A stretch of DNA of 60,000 nt from Malacoraja senta (Eukaryota). The stretch lies in contig CM075988.1 of the NCBI GenBank assembly GCA_038087875.1, forward strand, positions 26,600,001-26,660,000. The letters are read 5' to 3'. Under the pieces are notes generated by a model that worked only from the letters and a program-made list of their open reading frames with translations, ran no database searches and was not told the origin of the DNA. Positions 50,206 to 60,000 of this stretch are shown here, piece by piece. Each line of letters starts with the position of its first letter. Position 1 is the first letter of the stretch. Position numbers and translations under genes: made by a program.

Positions 50206-51625
50206 CATCATGTAGCAAATCAAATGGTCCCGTACGTCATCCGCCCGCGCCTCACACTCACTCAAGTCCGCAGCCCCGGCGCGCTGTGACACTCGCAAGT
50301 CCGCCATCTTTCATCCTGGCGCAGCTCCCCCTCTGATGCCCCTTGTATCTAATGCCTTACCCGAGTGAGGAGATTGTGTGTGAGACATCAAATGCAATGG
50401 ACCCCCTCTAACCCGGGTTACCCCCTGCACGGTTTACTCATGGGTTAGCACTCCTCTTTGCACAGGGTCTACAATTAAGGGATTTGAATTCTACGTTGAT
50501 AGAAACATAGAAAATAGGTGCAGGAGTAGGCCATTCGGCCCTTCGAGCCTGCACCGCCATTCAATATGATCATGGCTGATCATCCAACTCAGTATCCCGT
50601 ACCTGCCTTCTCTCCATATTTGCATTCAGCTGAAAGCGCGAGTCCTGGCCATTCATATACTACAGAACAGAGCAGCAAACTGGAGCCATGATGAGACCCC
50701 GGGCTGCGAGCATCTTTATTTGCAGCTTTATTTAATCCTGATGCCCGGTGGATGCGTTTACTCCGTTGTTTGCAAGTACACTTGCAGGGGGTGCCTGGAA
50801 GCGAGCCTGGAGTTTGGGGTTTCTCGCTGCAGCCATCACCCTGTACTTTGTTGGGTCGCCCCCGTCATGTCTAACCCGGTGGTGACATTGCCCAGTGCGG
50901 GGGGGTGGAGCAGTGTAAGGTACCTCGCTACCTGCAACTGTTATCTCATTGGCACGAACCTGGCTCAAAGATTGAAAGAAATCTAGTTCCCTTGTAGTTT
51001 CCCAACGCCAGCAGATGATTGTATTTAGAATACATATTATATTTCATCAAATATATTTAAAATACCGACGGGGTTATTATCATTCATCTTTTACGAGACA
51101 TTTATATCATTCTAATGATCTCATTACAACGAGGTCAATGTCTTAACTGTAAATGATAATTTAAAAAAACTAGATGCTGGAAATCTGCAATAAAGAATAA
51201 CTCGTGGAGCGACGGCGACTGTGGAATGAGAAACACGTCAGATTGTAGTCCTGCATTTTCTGTTTTTATTTCCACACGTTAACTGTTGGGAGCAGCCGTT
51301 GTCAGCTATTCCATTTATCATGTTGTAAATGGAATAACTCCAAAAGAACTAAAAATATCAACTCGAAGTCACTCTTAAGTAACAATTGCTTGGTCACTAA
51401 AATAAATTACTCGAGTCTTCTGCAATATTCCATTTGGCATTGAATTGTTACACTCTGTACTGAATACGAAGCGAACAGCGCTTGTAACAAACACGTAACG
51501 AGTCATGATAACTTCACCCACAGAATATGTTACAGACTGCGGGTCACTATAACATCATTTATTTTAAAAGGAGAAGCAAATAATGATTTATGCAAGAACG
51601 TCTGATAACTTTACTGTGGTCAGTG

Positions 51626-51754
51626 GGTGGAGATTGCAACCTTCACGTGGTCCACCTTGTTTAGACTAATGCAATCAACCCGACCTGCACAACAAGATCA
51701 AATTGAACAAGTTGACCTACAAGTCTAGGCTGTGCGCGCCATACGCAAAAAGTA
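51626..51754 (+). mobile_element. short (129 bp) non-autonomous retroposon with 11-bp TSD; 3' end resembles Ingi/Vingi LINEs
   Basis: TGTGGTCAGTG duplicated at 51615-51625 and 51755-51765; ends GTTGACCTACAAGTCTAG...CGCCATACGCAAAAAG. Family call is from recollection. Confidence 0.55.
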
Positions 51755-51861
51755 TGTGGTCAGTGAATGTACACTGGGGAGCAGAAAACAACATGCTCAG
51801 AGGGCACAGTTAATAGAACCCACTGCAATCAAGCCTTCAGCCCATTTCTCATTGCCCCCTT

Positions 51862-52243
51862 TATTGAAACATATAAGATTATTAAGGGGTTGGACACGCT
51901 AGAGGCAGGAAACATGTTCCGATGATGGGGGAGTCCAGAACCAGGGGCCACAGTTTAAGAATAAGGGGGTAAGCCATTTAGAACGGAGACGAGGAAACAA
52001 TTTTTCACACAGAGAGTGGTGAGTCTGTGGAATTCTCTGCCTCACAGGGCGGTGGAGGCAGGTCCTCTGGATACTTTCAAGAAAGAGCTAGATAGGGCTC
52101 TTAAAAATAGCGGATTCAGGGGATATGGGGAGAAGGCAGGAACGGGGTACTGATTGGGGATAATCAGCCATGATCACATTGAATGGCGGTGCTGGCTCGA
52201 AGGGCAGGCATATTGTCCTGCACCTATTGTCTATTGTCTATTC
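51862..52243 (+). mobile_element. CR1 3' fragment
   Basis: ATTGAAACATATAAGATT (IETYKI), GAGTCCAGAACCAGGGGCCAC (ESRTRGH), tail CTATTGTCTATTGTCTATT. Confidence 0.85.
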
Positions 52244-52387
52244 ATTGTCTGAATATCCCAGACAGCTACCGGCCTCGTCAAAATGGTCATTTCACATCCA
52301 ATAGGCCAGTAGTCACCTGTCAGACAATCCCACACATACTGTTCCCAATATGTAAAAAACACACAATGTACTTTGACTCTTAGGGAG

Positions 52388-52587
52388 NNNNNNNNNNNNN
52401 NNNNNNNNNNNNNNNNNNNNNNNNNNNNNNNNNNNNNNNNNNNNNNNNNNNNNNNNNNNNNNNNNNNNNNNNNNNNNNNNNNNNNNNNNNNNNNNNNNNN
52501 NNNNNNNNNNNNNNNNNNNNNNNNNNNNNNNNNNNNNNNNNNNNNNNNNNNNNNNNNNNNNNNNNNNNNNNNNNNNNNNNNNNNNNN
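52388..52587. other. assembly gap (200 N)
   Basis: Run of exactly 200 N, typical of a fixed-size scaffolding join. Confidence 0.99.
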
Positions 52588-53037
52588 ATTTCCCGTTTGG
52601 ATTGTGTCCTGCAGTCACCCTCTCCACTTGCTCTGGTGAAAAGAAGCCTCTTTAGCCCTTGCTCAATATCCCAAGTTTGCAAATGGGTCCCAGTCCTACT
52701 GACCACTATTGTGTAAATGTTCCGATGCTTTGTCCAAAGATTAAAATAAAAGTAATAGTGTGTTTGTTTGCCAGAGCACGAGTTGAGAAATCAGTGGAGC
52801 CTGCTTTAGATTACTTCCAAACTGCCAAGCTTTAAGAAAAACAACCAAATGTGAATGCAAGCTGATGCCAGAATCATCTGCTTTCCTTTAGCGGCAGATC
52901 TAATTTCACCGTTATGCCCCTTGATGCTGCCCTCTGATTGTCAGACTCTGTTGGTGAAGAACAGGGGTCTGACAATGAAAGCTACAGTCATTGTGGGAAT
53001 GTAGATATAACAGCTGAAGTAAGCACAGCAAACTCTT

Positions 53038-54460
53038 GGGCACAGCGGTGCAGTGGGTAGAGCTGCTACCTCGCAGCGCTAGAGACCCGGGTTTGAAACA
53101 TAGAAACATAGAAAATAGGTGCAGGAGGAGGCCATTCGGCCCTTCTAGCCAGCACCGCCATTCATTGTGATCATGGCTGATTGTCCCCAATCAATAACCC
53201 GTGCCTGCCTTCTCCCCATATCCCTTGACTCCACTAGCCCCTAGAGCTCTATCTAACTCTCTCTTAAATCCATCCAGTGATTTGGCCTCCACTGCCCTCT
53301 GTGGCAGGGAATTGCACAAATTCACAACTCTCTGGGTGAAAAAGTTTCTTCTCACCTCAGTCTTAAATGGCCTCCCCTTTATTCTTTGGCCCCTGGTTCT
53401 GGACTCGCCCAACATTGGGAACTAGCTTGTCCAGTTCTTTTCTATAAGAAAACTCCTCATCCTTCTAAACTACAGTGAATACAAGCCTAGTCTTTTCAAT
53501 CTTTCCTCATATGACAGTCCCACCATCCCAGGGATCAATCTCGTGAACCTACGCTGCACTGCCTCAATCACAAGGATGTCCTTCCTCAAATTAGACCAAA
53601 ACTGTACACAATACTCCAGATATGGTCTTACCAGAGCCATATACAACTGCAGAAGAACCTCTTTACTCCTATACTGAAATCCTCTTGTTATGAAGGCCAA
53701 CATTCCATTAGCTTTCTTCACTGCCTGCTGTACCTGAACGCCAACTTTCAGTGACCAGTGTACAAGGACACCCAGGTCTCGCTGCACCTCCCCCTTATCT
53801 AACCTAACCCCATTGAGATAATAATCTGCCCCCTTGTTTTTGCCACCAAAGTGGATAACCTCACATTTATCTATATTATACTGCATCTGCCACGCAGCTG
53901 CCCACTCACTCAACCTGACCAGGTCACCCTGCAACCTCCTAACATCCTCTTCACAGTTCACACTGCCACCCAGCTTTGTGTCATCCGCAAACTTGCTAGT
54001 GTTGCTCCTAATTCCCTCTTCCAAATCATTAATATATATGGTAAACTGTTGCGGCCCCAACACCGAGCCTTGCGGCACTCCACTCGCCACTGCCTGCCAT
54101 TCTGAAAAGGACCCGTTCACTCCTACTCTTTGCTTCCTGTCTGCCAACCAATTTTCTATCCACGTCAACACCCTACCCCCAATACCATGTGCTCTAATTT
54201 TAGTCACCAGGGTGCCTGATCTGGGTGTTGTGCGTGTGGAGTTTGCACGTTCTCCCTGTGACCACGTGGGATTCCGCCGGGTCTCCGGTTTCCTTCCATG
54301 TCCCAAAGATGTGTATATTTGTAGGTTGATCTGTAAACTTGTCCCCGTGTGTGTAGGGAGTGGATGAGAAAGTGGGATAATAATCACATATGGACGGGTG
54401 ATCATTGGGACTTGACGGGTTGAAATACCTGTTTCCATGCTGTACATATAAATTAAACTA
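53038..54460 (+). mobile_element. HE1-like V-SINE split by an antisense CR1 insertion (head about 53038-53096, body about 54210-54460)
   Basis: tRNA head GGGCACAGCGGTGCAGTGGGTAGAGC...CCGGGTTTGA stops at the CR1 tail; the V-domain GTGTGGAGTTTGCACGTTCTCCC resumes after 54210. Confidence 0.8.
53097..54209 (-). mobile_element. CR1 LINE fragment with reverse transcriptase core
   Basis: [49 protein letters not shown] in ORF 53470-54447; tail AAACATAGAAACATAG. Confidence 0.95.
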
Positions 54461-54879
54461 ACAGTAATTAGATAATAATAATCATTTTACCCCAATTATT
54501 GCAAAGGATAATTGTTCAGTTCCAGAACCCCAGAGCTGTAGAAGGCCATGGTGTGGTAGAGCACAGCATGGAAACTGCCCTTCGGCCCACCATGTTGGTG
54601 CTGTCCTGTAATGCATAACTCCCTTGGTGTTAGTGCCATTGTCCGGGTTGTATCACTGCCTCGGTCTGCGTCCATCCTGGAGTGGGACTTGAACTCTCAA
54701 TCTTCAGTCATAGGCTTACAGCGTGGAAACAAGCCCTTCAGCCCTACTTGTCCACGCTGATCAACATGTCCCAGCAACACTAGTCCCACCTGCCTGCGTT
54801 TGGCCATATCCCTCTAAACCTGTCCTATCCATGTACCTGTTTAAATGTTTCTTAAAAGTTGTGATAGTCGATGTTGATC

Positions 54880-55270
54880 CAATCCAATCCAACTTTATTG
54901 GTTAAGTACTTTAAAACAACCAATGTTGGCCAAAGTGCTGTACAGAAGACAACATAACAGAACAGAACATAACAGCTCACATGAGGCGCAGAAATTACAT
55001 ATGAAACACAACAATAAATTAGAAGACATAAAACATGAGTAAAAATAATAGCCACGCAATAAAAGCAATCAAAATAAGAAATTAGAAATTAAATCAAGTA
55101 AATAAAGTCGACATCTTACTGGGTATCAAAGGCCACGGAGAAGAGATGGGTTTTAAGAAGTGATTTAAAAACAGACAGAGAAGAGAGAGGCCTGTTTAAT
55201 GTGGAGAGGCAGATCGTTCCATAATTTGGGTGGCGACACAGCAAAGGCACGGTCCCCTCTGAGCTTCAAA
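54880..55270 (-). mobile_element. L2-clade LINE 3' end
   Basis: KLRGDRAFAVSPPKLWNDLPLHIKQA; tail TGTACAGCACTTTGG...TAAAGTACTT..AATAAAGTTGGATTGGATTG. Confidence 0.75.
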
Positions 55271-56078
55271 TAAAAAAGTAAAAAAGGTAGAATAAAAAAG
55301 ACACGACACACTATTAGAGATTCAACATGAACATCCCCCCCCCACAGCAGAGTCGACACTCTCCACTGTGAGGGAAAGGCACCAAAATGTCCAGTCCTCC
55401 TCCTAGTCCACCCGAGGTCAGGGCCAGTTTGAGGGCTCCGCAGCCGTTGGTGGTGGGCTTGCTACTGGCTGAGGCCTGGCTGTCTCTGGCACAGGTGAAA
55501 TTGTACACTTACTAACTAAGGCAAAGAGGAAACGCACCAATCTTTTGTTTTGCCAATCATTTTCTATTTAACCGTCAAGTTTGAGGGTGTATTTAATCTG
55601 TAACGAAAATAAAAGTCTGTCAGCCCTTTTATCTGATTCCACACCTCCAATGTTAAACACACAAACACCTTTTAAGTTTTCAATGTTAGATAAGTGATTT
55701 TTTGTAATCTTTGTTTTTTGATCCTGTGCAGTTTGTTTGTGTGTGGTGACTATTTTCTATCAGTCTGCACCACTAATACTTCTCTCTGGTTTTCACTGAG
55801 AGCATACGTTTGCTGATGAGATCGACAGTTTCCTGTTTTGCTCATTATGATCGCAGCCGAGCTTGGCAACAAAGCTTGATACATTTAACAATTCTTTTGA
55901 TATTCATATCTGTTAACGCCACACCTTGTAGTGTTTGTAAAATTGTGCACTGTTTAATTTTAAATTCCCCTCCTTGTCTTTCACTCCTCTGGATAGAGGT
56001 CACACTCTATTTAACAATTTATACCTGATCGTTCAACGTGATTTGATCTATTTTGTCCCGTTCCCAAGTGGTAGAAAG

Positions 56079-56340
56079 TTTAGCTTAGAGATAGTGCATG
56101 TAAGCGGATGCTTTGGCCCGTCGAGTCGACACTCACCATCCGTCACCTGTTCACATTAGTTCTCTACACACTCCCTACACACGCGCAGCAATTAACCTAC
56201 AAACCCGCACATCTTTGGATGTGAGAGGAATCCCACACGGTGACGGGGAGAACTTGCAAACTCCGTACAGTTGGCACCCGAGGTCAGGATCGAACCCAAG
56301 TCTCTGGCGTTGTGAGGCAGCTGCTCCACTGTGCTGCCCC
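56079..56340 (-). mobile_element. HE1-like V-SINE
   Basis: Reverse complement: GGGGCAGCACAGTGGAGCAGC...GGGTTCGATCCTGACCTCGGGTG...GGAGTTTGCAAGTTCTCCCCGT. Confidence 0.8.
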
Positions 56341-56557
56341 GGTTGTCCTGCTGGGATGAGGGGCTGCTCATCTGTGAGAGCACGGTGGTAACTCTGAGGC
56401 TAATGGGCCATGTGTCTATGCTTGCTCTCTGTAGATGCCTGGTGGAAGCACTGGCTGAGTTTACTTATCTCCTTTGGTACATCCTTAATCACAGCCAATC
56501 TCAACTCAGCTGGAGTCTGGGGGCATATCATTTTATTTTACATCACCCAACTGTACT

Positions 56558-57165
56558 TAGAAACATAGAAAATAGGTGCAGGAGTAGGCCATTCGGCCCT
56601 TCGAGCCAACACTGCCATTCAATATGATCATGGCTGATCATCCAAAATCAGTACCCCGTTCCTGCTTTTTCCCCATATCCTTTATTCCGTTAGCCCCAAG
56701 AGCTAAATCTAACTCTCTCGTGAACACATCACGAATGATTGAATGATCTGGAAGATGGAATTGAAGGCTTTGTAGCCAAGTTTGTGGATGAAATGAAGAT
56801 GGGTGGAGGGGCAGGTAGTGGAGATAAAGCAGGGAGTCTGCTGAAGGACTTGGACAGGTTGGGTCAGTGGGCAAACAGTGGCAGATGGAATACAGTGTAG
56901 CAAAGTGTACGGTCATACACTTTGGTCAATGCAATAAAGGCATAGATTATTTTCTAAATGGAGAGAAGATTCAGAAATCTGAGGTGTAAGGCACTAGGGA
57001 GTGCTGGTGCAGGATTCCCACAAGGTTCATTTGCAGGTTGAGTCAGCAGTAAGGAAGGCAAATGCAATGTCAGCATTTATTTTGAGCGGACTAGAATGTA
57101 AAGGAATAGCATTATCAGGTGATGGCGAGGCCACGTTTGGATTATTATGTGGTTTTGTGCCCCGT
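56558..57165. mobile_element. adjacent CR1 fragments (minus-strand 3' tail about 56558-56720; plus-strand RT fragment about 56745-57165)
   Basis: AGAAACATAGAAAATAGGTGCAGG tail; GCCAAGTTTGTGGATG (AKF.DD-like), VRKANAMSAFI. Confidence 0.75.
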
Positions 57166-57666
57166 ATCATAGAGGGGAACGTACAAACTCTTGCAGAAGA
57201 CGGCACCTGTGGTTAAGATTGAGCCTGGGTCTGTGGCACGGTAAGGCAGCAACTCTATCGCTGTGCGGATCAGTGGTCAACGTGGACTTGGTGGGCCGAA
57301 GGGCCTGTATTCATGGCGTATCTCTCAACTAAATCCTGGGATACCCTCCCTGTACCACTTGGCCAGAGGACATTGGGGCGGTTTACAAAGGTGATTCACC
57401 AACACCGTGAGGGAAATCGGGGACAGGTCGTAACTGGCAGCATTTACATCCAACAAATAAAAATAAACTCTGCAACTTGATGTGAATGCTTCTGATGTTC
57501 GTGTGTATACAGCCAGGCAGCTTTTTATAAGGTTTAAATCGTTGTCCTGCACTTGAAGCAGGTTCCTCGAGATTTCCTGAAGCGATGCCCTGTGAGTGGG
57601 GATTGAGATCCAGGTGGACTTTTGCTAACTTCCCTACCCTAAACTCTTGTTTCTTTTCTATTACAG

Positions 57667-57753
57667 CAGGTGCAAAGGCCTTTGTGTGTGACCAATGTGG
57701 AGCACAGTTCTCAAAGGAAGACGCCCTGGAGAGTCACCGACAGACACACACCG
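57667..57753 (+). CDS. ZBTB16: ZBTB16 internal zinc-finger exon (equivalent to human exon 4, third C2H2 finger), on the opposite strand to the BTB exon
   Basis: Encodes (A)GAKAFVCDQCGAQFSKEDALESHRQTHT(G); human PLZF has AGAKAFVCDQCGAQFSKEDALETHRQTHTG. Branch-like CTAAC near 57625, polypyrimidine tract, TTACAG acceptor, ACCG|GTACGT donor; 87 nt, phase 1-1. Confidence 0.93.
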
Positions 57754-58249
57754 GTACGTTGCAACATCTTGCCTCGCAGAGTAGTTGTTCTGCAGTTGGT
57801 CATTGCTGCAGAGCAGCCCCTACCTAGATGGTCCTGGGTCACGGGCTTGATGGTGAGGAGCATCTTAGGAGGAGAGAGAGGGAACAACTGAGATGGTGAG
57901 GCATCAGAGGGTTGTGGCAGTGATCTCAGGGGGTTATGGCAAGGTGGTGGTGATGGGGGGGCAGACAGGGGGATGCTGTAATCGAGGAAGGGAGTTGAGT
58001 TGCTGAAGTCCCAAACGTGCTTTCTGGAAACGATAGTGGGAAGCGGAACCTCTATGGGAGACTATTACAGGGTGGTAGGACAACTGGACAACTCTCTCAA
58101 AGAATCAGCATGGGTTTGATGAGCTGAAGGTCCTCCCAGATCATAGGATTCTTTGTAAAGAATGAATTTGATGATCTTTGCAATGTGAGACTGCAGGATG
58201 TGGTGAGGTCCATTTATAGGCTGCTCCCAATCCTAGTCAACCTCTTCCT

Positions 58250-58790
58250 TTCATGTCACTTGTGCTGAGGTACTGTGAAAAGCTTTTGTTTGCATGGTAT
58301 CTAGGCAAAGAAAAAACGATATATGATTACAATCGAGCGGTCAACAGTGAACAGATAAAAGGCACAACAATTAGTGCAAGATAAAGTCTGATTAAAGGTA
58401 GTTCACACGTCTCCAATAAGTAAGATGGGAGTTCAGGACCAAATTCCAGATGATGAGAGGACGGTTCAGTTGCCTGATAACAGCCGGGAAGAAACTGTCC
58501 CTGAATCTGGAGGTGTGCGTTTTCACACTTCTGTACCTCTTGCCCGATGGGAGAGGGGAGAAGATCGGGGTGAGACTGGTCCTTGATTATGCTGCTGGTC
58601 TTGCCGAGGCAGCGTGAAGTGTAGATGGAGTCCATGGATGGGAGGTTGGTTTGTGTGATGGTCTGCGCTGTGTCCACAATTCTCTGCAATTTCTTGCGGT
58701 CTTGGACGGAGCTGTTCCCAAACCAGGCTGTGATGCATCCTGATAAAATGCATTCAGTGGCGCATCTGTTGAAGTTTTTACAGGATTTCT
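58250..58790 (-). mobile_element. Rex1/Babar LINE 3' fragment
   Basis: ECILSGCITAWFGNSSVQDRKKLQRIVDTAQTITQTNLPSMDSIYTSRCLGKTSSIIKDQSHP. Confidence 0.88.
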
Positions 58791-60000
58791 CTACATGCAC
58801 AGTGTCCTCTGGACATTGCTGCTTTGAATCACAACAGCTTCATGGAGAGGAGAGGGCCACTCGGTTTATGCTGCCAGTTTACATCATTGTAGGTCTTTTT
58901 CTGTGCTATGAATTTACTGTTAGACATTAACGATGTGTTTCATAATTTAAAAAAAGAGTTGAAATCCACTAAATGGATGAAGGATATGTGATGTTTCTAA
59001 TTATAAACATCATTGTGATTACAGAAATATTATTCACCACTGGCAAATATTCTCCTCTAAAAACATGTTCACTGACAAAGAATAATTCAAAACCTATTTC
59101 TGGTTTCCTCTTTAAGCTGATTCACCCCACCACCGACCCTTCCAAAACGTAGTTACAAATATTGAGTTACGAGTGGCTTGCTATACTCCCTTGACTGCCA
59201 AGATTCTATTTATATTGGCCAGCAGCATGGGTCAGAGGGAGAGGGGGGGGGGGGGGTATTACAACAGGAGGTTTGCAAAGGTCACAGCTCTTTGTGATGT
59301 TAACTCTTTCTCCTACATATTCAATAAAATCAGTGACCACTCTTGTGGAAATTGATATTTTATTTTAAATCATTGTAAATAACGCATGTCGGATTCCAAC
59401 TCATGAGTTAGCCAGAGCCTCCTGCCCATTGACCCTCAGTTGCACCTAATAAGCCACTCCTCAGTATATTGCAGAGCTGAAATAGTTAGTGTTGGTCATT
59501 GCCATCCTAACGTTACATTAACTAAGGATTAGATTGAAACTTGGTCAGCAAACAGTGAGAAGTGAACTATTCAGTGTTCAGCTGCTGCCAACTTGGACTG
59601 CTCTTGGTTATTTTAGCCTCGCTACCCACCCCAAGCCTGCCCAGCGACGTTGGGTCAGGTCAATGGCTTTCTTTATTGTCATGCGTCCCAGGTCTGTGAT
59701 CTCTCAACATATCCAGGTTTGGGTCAGGTTGTACTGTGTGTGTTCAGGGCCATATGCAGGACATTCTGACACATGATTGCCAGTGGTGACTTTGAACAAC
59801 CATTCAGCCAAAAGGCTGAGTGACTTTGGCCTGAAATGATGGTAATTGTTGGGTATCAATTTCAAATTTGAAGGTGAGCAGCAATGGAAAATGGGAGCCA
59901 ACAAAAGTGTGGGTGGGTGGGAGACAATGGTCAGTCATTTCCAGGACATTGGCTTCAGGTTGGTGTCATGGTCAGGTGAGCCATCTATCCATGGTTTATG

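Larger units (their letters stand above)
47830..50350. promoter_or_regulatory. CpG-rich promoter / 5' region of ZBTB16
   Basis: High CpG density compared with the flanks. 50205-50340 contains a CRE half-site TACGTCA, GC box CCGCCC and YY1-type CGCCATCTT. Positioned upstream of the minus-strand BTB exon. Confidence 0.65.

Noticed and set aside
48313..50336. Long ORFs of 224 aa (48313-48987 and 49662-50336) and overlapping ones
   Set aside because: They are translations of CT/CA microsatellites and polypyrimidine tracts (SLSL/HTHT/ERER runs).
53470..54447. 325-aa ORF as a host gene or SINE-LINE fusion protein
   Set aside because: Chance read-through from an antisense SINE body into a truncated CR1 reverse transcriptase fragment.

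Overview
Vertebrate genomic DNA, almost certainly a cartilaginous fish and probably a skate or ray (inferred from HE1-type V-SINEs, abundant CR1 LINEs and Penelope-derived palindromic repeats). The only host gene is ZBTB16 (PLZF). Its large BTB/POZ coding exon (39704-41022), a probable non-coding first exon and a CpG-rich promoter (about 47.8-50.4 kb) are on the minus strand, and positions 1-39703 are the following long intron. The 87-nt zinc-finger exon corresponding to human exon 4 (AGAKAFVCDQCGAQFSKEDALESHRQTHT, 57667-57753) is on the PLUS strand, beyond a 200-N gap (52388-52587). This most likely reflects a mis-oriented contig. Exon 3 was not found in the window. The rest is a mosaic of mobile elements: CR1, Rex1/Babar and L2 fragments, SINEs, hAT and Harbinger-like MITEs, and a 3.8-kb TAG...CTA element with 16-bp TIRs and a 3-bp TSD (Academ-like) holding nested insertions. 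Highlights: minimal hammerhead-ribozyme cores in the Penelope-derived hairpin repeats; two such hairpins with a strongly one-directional T>C (minus-strand A>G) substitution pattern; and a decayed MDLTK start plus a uORF stopping 2 nt before the ZBTB16 ATG. Family assignments are from motif recognition only; no database searches were run.
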